DNA from: Chitinophagales bacterium
GTDB lineage: Bacteria; Bacteroidota; Bacteroidia; Chitinophagales; UBA10324
Direction: 5' to 3'
Length of the DNA: 64,000 nt
Assembly (NCBI GenBank): GCA_035638255.1
Contig: DASRAJ010000157.1
Location: 94,827 to 158,826, forward strand
Shown: piece by piece, positions 32,731-40,926 of the stretch
Numbering within the stretch: position 1 is the first letter of the stretch
Layout: every line of letters starts with the position of its first letter
Notes under the pieces: generated by a model
The model's input: only the letters and a program-made list of their open reading frames with translations
What the model was told of the DNA's origin: nothing
Database searches by the model: none
Translations under genes and position numbers: made by a program

Positions 32731-32753
32731 CTGCAATCAGGAAGTAAAACTCT

Positions 32754-33485
32754 TCACTTGAAACAATACTGCACACCTCCTGCAAGTCCGAAATAAAACT
32801 GGCGTACAATTAAGTCTTTGTCAAGCAGAAAATATTTGAAAAGACAATTTAGAGAGATAGAGATTTTCTTTGAAGCCCGGTAGCGCATACCTGCCTGAAA
32901 CAGCAAAGCCGCATCGGTGCTTCTGAATAAATCCTGTTCGCTCCAGGATTCTTGAGTTCCATTGTTGTAGTAAGCGGTTGTGTGCTCATTCTTGCTCAGT
33001 AAGAAATCGACGGAGCCACCTGCTGAAATAATCGGAGAGAATCTTCCTGCATTAAAATCATATTTGATGAGAACAGGAAGGGTGAAGAAACTTGCCTGCT
33101 CATTATAGGAAATGATGTGAGGATCGGTGCCGCTATAGCCGTTAAAACCAAGTCCGTCAAACTCGTCACCGAAATCTAACTTGTCAACGTTTAATTGGAG
33201 TTCGAGCTTTTTAATTTCAATGCCGGGACAAGCAAGTATTTTCCAATGGCGGGTAAAAGAATATTCAAGTGAAACATTACCTCCGTAATCCCAATGACCA
33301 ATTACGCTATGTTCGATATCGGGTGAAGAGTTATCAAGATCAGGGCTCGCCTGATTTCTAAAGAGGCCGAGATCAAAACCCAATGAAAATTTTGAGCAGC
33401 TTGAATCATTATTTTCCTGCTGCCCTTTAACCAAAACAGCGGTAAAGAGAAAGTATAAGAGAATGAAGAACCTCGAAGTACACAT
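32754..33485 (-). CDS. outer-membrane beta-barrel (porin-family) protein
   Basis: Signal peptide, alternating hydrophobic beta-strand pattern, and a C-terminal aromatic residue (..QYCFK). Confidence 0.6.
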   Translation of the reverse strand: MCTSRFFILLYFLFTAVLVKGQQENNDSSCSKFSLGFDLGLFRNQASPDLDNSSPDIEHSVIGHWDYGGNVSLEYSFTRHWKILACPGIEIKKLELQLNVDKLDFGDEFDGLGFNGYSGTDPHIISYNEQASFFTLPVLIKYDFNAGRFSPIISAGGSVDFLLSKNEHTTAYYNNGTQESWSEQDLFRSTDAALLFQAGMRYRASKKISISLNCLFKYFLLDKDLIVRQFYFGLAGGVQYCFK

Positions 33486-33522
33486 TGCATGTAAATGTAC
33501 GAGGATTCTTATTCAGTAGTCT

Positions 33523-34599
33523 TCAATTTTCAACTACGAATTTCTTCACATCATTCCTTCCATCATGACTCACTTGTAATAAGTAAGTTCCGGAGGAGAA
33601 ACCCTGCGAGTCAAGTTGCTTTGAAAATATCCCTGTAACCGTTCCAAGATTTTCCGAATACAATTCTTTCCCCGAAAGATCGAATACTTTCATGGTGATC
33701 ATGCTTGGTTCAGGCGATTGAAGTTGAATGCTTAAACTATTAGCGGCAGGATTTGAAAGGATATTGAAGGATAAGGAACCTGTTTCTTCAAAGATGCCTG
33801 TAACACTTTCGTCAGCATAACCATCGCAATTGTCATCAATTCCATTGCGGACAATTTCTTTGACATCGGGATGAACAGCAGGATTTGAATCATCACAGTC
33901 ATTATTTACACTTGAATAAGCTCCATCGGGACTCACTGAGAAAATATATCCGGGAGCATTCATCGCTCCATAACTATCGCCGTCATCATCAGGATAGAAG
34001 ACGACACTACCTATATCTCCTGCTTTAATCATCTTGTTAGGGGTGGCTTCATAGGCATAATCAAGTATGGTGCATGGGGATGCCTCACTACTGACAGAGA
34101 GTCTTACCCAACCATAATGCAGTTCTCCATTAAAATTGAAACGCAGACCGAGATACTTTTTTTCCTGACTAATCCAGTTGCCGGATGTATAACGATATCC
34201 GCTTGTAAAGGATAATGAGAAATATGCTAAGGTTTGGCTCGACATATCGTCCCACTTTAATTGCGGATCAATATTATCACCGGCATTGAGAACAGCGGGG
34301 TAAAATTCAATTTGAGCACCAGGATAATTTTCAACGTTTGCGACCTCATTGTTGTCAACCGGCGAGACGTATACGTAACCGGTTTCAGTGCCTGTAGAGG
34401 AATATAGATAGGTGGTGATCCAATAGTCAACTAAGCCATCATTGTTTAAATCGAGTGAGTAAACTGAATTCAGTGAGACGGCATCAGGATTGACATCTGT
34501 GTAAACTATTTGAGCGTCGGCCAGTTTTGAGCCTGCGAGCAGACAACCAGCCATTGCTGAGTACTGCTTAAGTTTTTTACTGAGTGTGGCATTTTTCAT
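33523..34599 (-). CDS. secreted protein with MopE-like Cys/Asp motif and T9SS C-terminal domain
   Basis: NNDCDDSNPAVHPD...NGIDDNCDG putative metal-binding motif. CTD with GTYLLQVSHDG..VKKFVVEN. The start is moved to MKNATLSKK. Confidence 0.75.
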   Translation of the reverse strand: MKNATLSKKLKQYSAMAGCLLAGSKLADAQIVYTDVNPDAVSLNSVYSLDLNNDGLVDYWITTYLYSSTGTETGYVYVSPVDNNEVANVENYPGAQIEFYPAVLNAGDNIDPQLKWDDMSSQTLAYFSLSFTSGYRYTSGNWISQEKKYLGLRFNFNGELHYGWVRLSVSSEASPCTILDYAYEATPNKMIKAGDIGSVVFYPDDDGDSYGAMNAPGYIFSVSPDGAYSSVNNDCDDSNPAVHPDVKEIVRNGIDDNCDGYADESVTGIFEETGSLSFNILSNPAANSLSIQLQSPEPSMITMKVFDLSGKELYSENLGTVTGIFSKQLDSQGFSSGTYLLQVSHDGRNDVKKFVVEN

Positions 34600-34869
34600 A
34601 GGTGAGATTTTTAGAGCGTGAATTAATATCAGGAGACATAACACTGCATTTCTCTGCACTGTTGTTGGGAATGCGCTTGTTATGTTCCATGATTGGTAAA
34701 TCTAACGCAATAGATATCAGGTTTCGTGTATCTAATAAAAAATTTCTAAACTGTGACAAAGTGATTTAAGTGAACCTCGTTCGGGCGAGACAATTTTCTC
34801 CATGAAAAAAATATTCATGCTCATCTCAAGCAAAGCAATCTCTCGGCTTTCAAGTCCGAATTTTTTTTT

Positions 34870-35034
34870 GTACTTGTCACTTTGTACCCTGATTTCTTTT
34901 TTCATTTCGAAGAAAGACTGTCAGGTACTGGAATCAGGAATATGAAAAGACGTGCCGGGGAACCAGGTAGTGAAATGACGATTGATTCAGTTCGCGGAGA
35001 AGGGACGATGCTGAATCTTATTTTTACTATTTGA
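34870..35034 (+). pseudogene. C-terminal remnant of a HisKA_3-type histidine kinase
   Basis: My own translation: ..SGTGIRNMKRRAGEPGSEMTIDSVRGEGTMLNLIFTI* aligns with the G2 box and C-terminus pattern G.GLRNMRERAE.LGG.L.I.S..G.GT......P. No H-box or N-box ORF lies upstream. A T10 run sits at about 34858-34869. Confidence 0.5.
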
Positions 35035-35110
35035 AATCATTGGAGTACAAATAAACAGATGAGAGCTATATTAACGGCATAAGTCGGCAGCAATATTAAC
35101 ATCAACCAAC

Positions 35111-35719
35111 ATGAAAATGTTTTACGCCGTTATCGTACTTTTTGAAATAGGCGGGTTAGTTTTCTATTTAGCAAGTTGTAACAATAAGTCAAAAGTTAAC
35201 AAGCAAACTCAACAACAAAATCAAGACATGACCAAACGACAAATGGTTGACCCTAACAACAACCCCTACACGGGACTTCGGGACATGGCTTTAAGTGTTA
35301 CCGCAGAACAAATTCGTGTTCAAGTTCCATCCGACCAGACAAAAATTTATGGAGTAATTATGGATTGGGATTTAGGCAAAGGAACTGCGACACTTGTTTC
35401 ATTCCTTTCGGGTGACGCAAGTTTGTATTTAAGTTCAGGCGGAGGTATTATCGGTGGCGTTGGCCACGACAATGTACACCAGGCAGCTGTAGCGTTTATA
35501 GACAAAGCAGAAGATTATTTAAGCAGGACAATAAAAACCGAAACCGCTCCTTTACCTGACAAAAACGGTGTGAGATTTTATTTCTTAACCAATAAAGGCA
35601 AATTTGTAGGGCAGGAGCAAATGAAAAATCTTGATAACCGCTCATCCCAATGGCTGGGCTTATTTGACGAAGGAAACAAAGTGATAACTGAATTGCGCCT
35701 GAGTACTTCAAACAAATGA
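35111..35719 (+). CDS. hypothetical lipoprotein
   Basis: 202 aa with lipobox-like LASCNN. No family recognised. Confidence 0.55.
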   Translation: MKMFYAVIVLFEIGGLVFYLASCNNKSKVNKQTQQQNQDMTKRQMVDPNNNPYTGLRDMALSVTAEQIRVQVPSDQTKIYGVIMDWDLGKGTATLVSFLSGDASLYLSSGGGIIGGVGHDNVHQAAVAFIDKAEDYLSRTIKTETAPLPDKNGVRFYFLTNKGKFVGQEQMKNLDNRSSQWLGLFDEGNKVITELRLSTSNK

Positions 35720-35871
35720 CGAGGCAATCATGACATCAAGCGGATTTTGCATCATGCCACGGAAATAAAAAATTTATTCTTCTCCATCAATCAAATGCAT
35801 AAAACCTGACGCAGAATTACCAGGACTGCGTCAGGTTTAGGATAGTTGATAAAACCACTGCTTGATATAAA

Positions 35872-38043
35872 CTATGGAAGAGGTGCAATGGCAATGGCTG
35901 CGGTGTCACCTGCATCGAGATAATCCAGCGAGTTAACACCATCAGTATGCGTCGCATCAACGTGCAAGGTTTCTGCAAATGCTGCCTGCGGACAGGTACC
36001 AAGCATGGTGCCCACCGGGATTACTTTTGAATAAGCATCGAGCGGACTTGCTCCCATGGGTGAATTACCAACGGTGTAGAAATTATTTCCAATGGTTACT
36101 GCACCGGCTGAATTGCCTTCGATTACAGGATTGCTGTTTCCTTTCGTCACATTGAAACTATAGGTCGCAAAGTCGTGCGGATGTCCGGCAACGAAACGCA
36201 GCGTAACATTGTCCGTAGCCTTGTCATTGTAATAGCCAAAGCCGCACACGGTATCTGTAGTACCACTTGGAACAATCGCATCCTGAACATCAGCATAACA
36301 GTGATTATTATCAATGCGCATATAAAAACGGAATGCAATGGCCAGTCCCGCACCATTCTTGACCACATAGTGTTCGGGCAATCCATCGGCTGTTACCGTT
36401 TCCTGGGAAGGATCGAGAACAATGTCGGAAGGTTTCTTGGAAACCACATACGTGTCTGCAGGTATAGCCTGAACAACACCGGCCGCATTGACCAATTCGA
36501 AGGTTAGTTCATAGAGGCCTTCCATGGATAGTCCTGTTGTATTCAGATAAATGGTTGCCGTGTCCTGCCGTTCCCATTCTGCTCCCGGTTCGGGTACATC
36601 CAGTACTGCATCCGTATGCGGTATTTTATATTGAGCGTTTCCGCCAACCATTGCTGCACCCATCGGAAAATTATTAGAAGCGAATTGTGTATGTCCGGCC
36701 ACTACAATCGGATAGGTATAGTGCTTTGCAATATCTCCGGAGAGGTTATGATCGCCATCAGCAATAGGATTCAGGTTCCCGTCAAAAATTCTTTTAAACC
36801 TCCAGCGATAATGCGATGCGGCGGCGTTCGGGAATCCTGCACCGAACTGAACTACGAGTGGAAACGTGCTTCCAAACGGACTGATGTTTCCATAACCTCC
36901 GTATTGTGTAAGACCAACGGCGTCCGCCAAATGACCGCTGGCTGCGTGAGACTGTTGAATGCCCCGAATACTTGCTCCGAAGTTGATGCTCTTCATCCAG
37001 ATCACATCACCCGGCAATGGATCGCAAGAGCAGGGCCTCACCCGGTCATCATAGATGCGGATGTTGATGTCCGTTCCGCAGGGATAATTCCACCAGGTGT
37101 GGCAAGGTTTAAAGGGACGATAAACCGTTACCCAATTACCATCAATCAATACCTCAACCCAGACGTAAATGTTCTTGCCGCCGAAGTCCCAGAAGCTGAA
37201 ATCGAAATGACCGTTGCAATCACTTTCTGCCACGCCTAATTCTGTGCAGCGATAGAACCACGGCCAAAACCAGGGCCATAAGCAGAAGTAGGGATGCAAA
37301 TCGGTAAAGTGTTCTAAAACAGAGCTCTTAATGGCAGATAGTGAATCAGAGATGATGGCTGTTTGAACTTTTGCAGGAAGCGTAGGCAACGCAATCGTTT
37401 TGGCATTGCCGGTTGTAGAACTCATAACCTTTGCCATCCTGATACCCGGAACTCCTGATAGGAATGGTGGGTCCGGTGGATTGGGATTCGGGATGGGAAT
37501 TGGAATGCGTTCTTTCGGCCAGTCAATATGCGGGCGAAGCTTGGTGGCTAAATCAATGAATACCCAATCGGGGATATGGTTCCACCAAATAATAATCGGA
37601 TCAATATCACACACATGAACTCTTGCATCGCAAACAGGCAATATCTTCTCGACTCCATCAATGATAAACGATTTGGTCAGGTTACCTGTAATGTGACACC
37701 ATGGCCAGAAGATGGGCCAGTCAATGTGAGGTATAGCCGTAACATCAATTGTATGCTCAGGAGAAATAATGGTGGAGGTTTGAAATCCGCCCGCATTCTT
37801 CAACATGCCCGCTGAAACATTTTGAGCTAACTCTTTCGGCATTGGCGGGCCTATGATAAGTTGAACCTGGCCTCGCATAAGCGCCACCGGAGTTTCCAAT
37901 GTTGCCTCTCCTTTTGAAATGGGTTTAGACTCCAGCAATTTGCCGGTAGCATTTTCGAATACATAGGCATGAGCATTTTTCAATGCTTCGTGATGCCTGC
38001 TGTCAATTTTTAGTTTGACAGGCTTTGATCTTGTGTCTTTCAT
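35872..38043 (-). CDS. 723-aa orphan protein, no signal peptide
   Basis: Long uninterrupted ORF. Trp/Pro-rich patches (IDWPIFWPWCH, CLWPWFWPWFYRC, PIPIPNPNPPDPP) and a beta-rich C-terminal half. It is preceded by a partial copy of the shared leader. Confidence 0.75.
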   Translation of the reverse strand: MKDTRSKPVKLKIDSRHHEALKNAHAYVFENATGKLLESKPISKGEATLETPVALMRGQVQLIIGPPMPKELAQNVSAGMLKNAGGFQTSTIISPEHTIDVTAIPHIDWPIFWPWCHITGNLTKSFIIDGVEKILPVCDARVHVCDIDPIIIWWNHIPDWVFIDLATKLRPHIDWPKERIPIPIPNPNPPDPPFLSGVPGIRMAKVMSSTTGNAKTIALPTLPAKVQTAIISDSLSAIKSSVLEHFTDLHPYFCLWPWFWPWFYRCTELGVAESDCNGHFDFSFWDFGGKNIYVWVEVLIDGNWVTVYRPFKPCHTWWNYPCGTDINIRIYDDRVRPCSCDPLPGDVIWMKSINFGASIRGIQQSHAASGHLADAVGLTQYGGYGNISPFGSTFPLVVQFGAGFPNAAASHYRWRFKRIFDGNLNPIADGDHNLSGDIAKHYTYPIVVAGHTQFASNNFPMGAAMVGGNAQYKIPHTDAVLDVPEPGAEWERQDTATIYLNTTGLSMEGLYELTFELVNAAGVVQAIPADTYVVSKKPSDIVLDPSQETVTADGLPEHYVVKNGAGLAIAFRFYMRIDNNHCYADVQDAIVPSGTTDTVCGFGYYNDKATDNVTLRFVAGHPHDFATYSFNVTKGNSNPVIEGNSAGAVTIGNNFYTVGNSPMGASPLDAYSKVIPVGTMLGTCPQAAFAETLHVDATHTDGVNSLDYLDAGDTAAIAIAPLP

Positions 38044-38110
38044 AAGTTATTTTTTTTGCCTACTCTATTTCCCTTTTCAGCTTCCGGGTGCTTACTCTTT
38101 TCTTAGGATT
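38044..38110 (-). promoter_or_regulatory. partial copy of shared 5-prime leader (proximal block)
   Basis: ttttgcctactctatttcccttttcagcttccgggtgcttactctttt parallels ttttcgcctactcgttcccttttcggctgccgggtgcttactcttttt at 41593-41640. Confidence 0.6.
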
Positions 38111-38263
38111 TTCAGCTTGCTCCTTCTTTATCACATCTATAGTTCCGGGGAATCCATTCGCTGGCCTTCGACAAAGGCTAAAGCATTCTTGAAATATGGA
38201 TTAGTGGGATCTCTTCTTTCCTTTGCCTGATTTTATTCTGCATTTAGCATTAAGAGACAGGAA

Positions 38264-38743
38264 TTAATAAAGAAGCGTTAGTGAAGTATATCCTTCACTG
38301 CTATCGGTGCTTAGCATTATATCCCGTCCGAAATAAAAACGATTGTAATTTTCCTGCCAGGCAAATGAATCTATAGTGCCGGGAATAAATTGCAGGTCAC
38401 CGCTGACAATCGTACTGTCAATATTTACCTTCTCCCATGCATCATCTCCCTCAGCGATGAGCTTTACTTTCAGGTGACCACTTAGACCGTTTTCAAATTC
38501 TTTATAGCAGGGGAGGGCAGTGCCTGAAAAGGCAACTCCGGGACCATCGGGGTTTTTAAATTCCCAACAGTAAGCTGCATCGGAATCTTTACCGAGGCGA
38601 AGTGTGCGGCCCGGTTCCAGATTGGCGCGTTGAAGTAATTCATTATCACGATAGATTTCAAGGACTACAGGAGCGTTACTTCTGCTCCACCAGTTGTGAC
38701 CGGTTTGAATTGTCCAATAAACTTTGGTTACTTTAGTTGACAT
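38264..38743 (-). CDS. 159-aa PLAT/LH2-like beta-sandwich protein (tentative), no signal peptide
   Basis: VYWTIQTGHNWWSRSNAPVVLEIYRDNELL...LGKDSDAAYCWEF...LKVKLIAEGDDAWEKVNI follows the PLAT pattern (T.G....gTda.V...l.G.......L........f.rg......F......g.l..i.i..d..g....W....v). The assignment is by pattern only. Confidence 0.65.
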   Translation of the reverse strand: MSTKVTKVYWTIQTGHNWWSRSNAPVVLEIYRDNELLQRANLEPGRTLRLGKDSDAAYCWEFKNPDGPGVAFSGTALPCYKEFENGLSGHLKVKLIAEGDDAWEKVNIDSTIVSGDLQFIPGTIDSFAWQENYNRFYFGRDIMLSTDSSEGYTSLTLLY

Positions 38744-39035
38744 GACTTTTGATTTTGTTTTTTTCGCCTATTCCTAAAACCATTTCGGCTTCCGAATACT
38801 TCCTCTTTTTATCCCGTTCTTTCAGTGCTTACGGGCACAGGAAAGAGGGGCAAGGATTTTTAGCAAACTCCTATATGAATTGATTTATGAAAATGCTGTT
38901 GTTTTAAATCTTATGGCAGCAAAGGTGCAGTTCAGCGCTACTCCAGTACAACGGGAAAAACACCAGTAACCGCGGGTGATTTAACGGGGGTGAAAGAGCG
39001 GTTATATAGGAAGGAATAGGTTCTTTGCAGCAGAT
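38744..39035 (-). promoter_or_regulatory. shared leader/promoter module, copy 1 (proximal block plus shortened distal block)
   Basis: Contains the block ctctttttatcccgttctttcagtgcttacgggcacaggaaagaggggcaaggatttttagcaaactcctatat (about 74 nt), which I read as identical to copy 2. It also has the distal gcagcaaaggtgca...acaacgggaaaaacacc...gggtgatttaacgggggtgaaagagcggtt. Confidence 0.75.
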
Positions 39036-39323
39036 AAATCATCTACAAAATCATGGAAACAAATAATTCAATGGACAAACCTATAGGACATGGCGGGGCT
39101 ACAGCTATTAATACCGCATTTTGCAGTTCAATAAAATGAACCGCAGACCTGTCCCGATTTTTTTCGGGAGAGCGCAAAGAATTTCGCAGAGAAAAAAGGC
39201 AAAGTTTGACACCAGATAATTTGTAACTTTTTCTTTGTGCTATTCTTTGCGTTTTACTCCGGGTTCTTTGCGACAAAAATTCGAACTGCAAATTTCGGGT
39301 TAATCGGTTGTTCTTCGATTGTT

Positions 39324-40226
39324 TTAACCCTCTTTAAGCAATCTTGCAACAGCATTAGCAATCGGTAGTCCTGTCTTCAATTCAAAGTATGAAAATGCCG
39401 GTGAAGCATTTACTTCAAAGCAATACCATTCGCCTTTTGAAGTGCACCGCAGATCAATGCCTGATAGATGGAAGCCCAGGTGTTTGGAGAGCTCGATGCA
39501 ATTATTTTCAACAGCTTGCGGCAGGGTTACAATTTCCATTTCAGTTTGAGAGTAACGATAGTCTTCAGCAACAGAATGGATTTTGCAACTAAACGTACGA
39601 GTACCCACCACGTGTACTCGATAGTCAGTGCCTGCAATAAATTGCTGGAATTGTGTGGGGCAAAATTGGACATCCTTCATCCGAACGTAATCTTCGTCAG
39701 ACAATTTACGGACAATACTTCGAATTCCGCTGATGGATTTATAAATGATTTGTCCATGTCGCTTCCAAAATTTCTTCAGTTCATATGGAGACGTGGTTAT
39801 TAATGTTTCAGGTATAGAGAAGCCGAAATTCCCGATGATTGAACATTGATAAGGTTTGGAATGATTGGAAGCCATCAAAGAAGGACGGTTAATAACCAAA
39901 GCGTCGGTCATTTCAGACCAGCTCCATAGAATGTCTTCCGCCGCCGCCATTTGCTGAATATGACTATCAGTTGTGTCAAGGGCTTCATACTCCTCATAAT
40001 CCCTGAAATTATAAGTTCTAAAATAACATGTGCTGATATCGCTAACTGAAATTTTTTCTCCATAAATCTCTATCGTTCCTTTCAGCTTTGGAATAAAATT
40101 GATTTTTACTTTCAGCTCATCTAAATCGCGGTGGTTAAGAAAATAGAACGGTACATTCATTCGCTTCAATTCGTCAAACACCATTTGCATCGGTGTATCA
40201 TCTAACAGTCCCCAAAGCAGTATCAT
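39324..40226 (-). CDS. ATP-grasp enzyme (MvdD/MdnC/RimK-like)
   Basis: NHSKPYQCSIIGNFGFSIPETLIT....LKKFW......IYKSISG...TQFQQFIAGTDYRVHVVGTRTFSCKIHS...DYRY....IVTLP......C.ELSKHLGFHLSGIDLR.T..GEWYCFEVNASPAFSYFE..TGLPIANAVARLL parallels microviridin-type ATP-grasp ligases. The start is moved to MILLWGLLDD (ATG at 40226, 1 nt after the upstream stop). Confidence 0.8.
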   Translation of the reverse strand: MILLWGLLDDTPMQMVFDELKRMNVPFYFLNHRDLDELKVKINFIPKLKGTIEIYGEKISVSDISTCYFRTYNFRDYEEYEALDTTDSHIQQMAAAEDILWSWSEMTDALVINRPSLMASNHSKPYQCSIIGNFGFSIPETLITTSPYELKKFWKRHGQIIYKSISGIRSIVRKLSDEDYVRMKDVQFCPTQFQQFIAGTDYRVHVVGTRTFSCKIHSVAEDYRYSQTEMEIVTLPQAVENNCIELSKHLGFHLSGIDLRCTSKGEWYCFEVNASPAFSYFELKTGLPIANAVARLLKEG

Positions 40227-40227
40227 G

Positions 40228-40926
40228 TCAAGTTTTTTTTGAAAAGAATTTAATGATTGCAGCAGCCACTTTTTTGTCATTAATATCGGGAAACTGAGAT
40301 GCATGTGCAAACTTCCATTCGCCATCAAAATTTCTTTTGAAACCGACTTGCAATAGATTTAAGTTCGTCACTTCAGCTAACCGGAGTGAATAATTTTGAA
40401 GCACTGCATTCTTTGTACCGATACATTTTCGCCCAATAACAGTTATTCTCGCATAGTCTTCATTTTTCAATGTGTTTGTTGTATAAGACCTTGTATTGGA
40501 TCTCTTCAATGATAGGGTAGGGATGGCTTGTTGCTGTGCCAATTTCATCCAATATTCTAATCTCCACAGTTGACCATTCAAGCAAGTGGGCGAAGGAGGG
40601 TTGAGTACAGGACATTTCAACTGTGAAAGAAACCATAGCATGAACGCATTCATTTCGCTGGCCACATAACTACGGTCTTCTTTATTTATTTGGACCAATT
40701 CCATCGGATAGATATTTGGAATAAGCGTGAGAACTCCTGAGATATTTCCAAGTTGGATTTTTTTACCCGATGCAACAATGCTTCCCTTCTCAATTTGATG
40801 GAAGAGAATATCTGTATCCTTTCTCGACAGATCCATACTCGTAAGTAAAGAGGCCGCCCCCCTGGTAAACTTATTTACCAAAGAAGCGGCTGCTTCGTCA
40901 AGAATGCTTGCAATTACCAGGACCAT
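40228..40926 (-). CDS. short ATP-grasp-like partner protein (N-terminal/central-domain-like, no obvious catalytic C-terminus)
   Basis: 232 aa. MVLVIASILDEAA...VLTLIPNIYP...YVASEMNAFMLWFLSQLKCPVLNPPS resembles the pre-ATP-grasp and substrate-clamp part of MdnB/C-type enzymes. Its start overlaps the upstream stop (TAATG). Confidence 0.6.
   Translation of the reverse strand: MVLVIASILDEAAASLVNKFTRGAASLLTSMDLSRKDTDILFHQIEKGSIVASGKKIQLGNISGVLTLIPNIYPMELVQINKEDRSYVASEMNAFMLWFLSQLKCPVLNPPSPTCLNGQLWRLEYWMKLAQQQAIPTLSLKRSNTRSYTTNTLKNEDYARITVIGRKCIGTKNAVLQNYSLRLAEVTNLNLLQVGFKRNFDGEWKFAHASQFPDINDKKVAAAIIKFFSKKT

Noticed and set aside
36147-37815. Several 72-207-aa ORFs on both strands inside 35872..38043
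   Set aside because: They are nested within or antisense to the uninterrupted 723-aa ORF, which explains the open frames better.
39043-39291. 82-aa minus-strand ORF downstream of the ATP-grasp gene
   Set aside because: It covers the TTCTTTG-motif and palindrome spacer. It is Arg/Ser-rich and has no plausible start context or motif.
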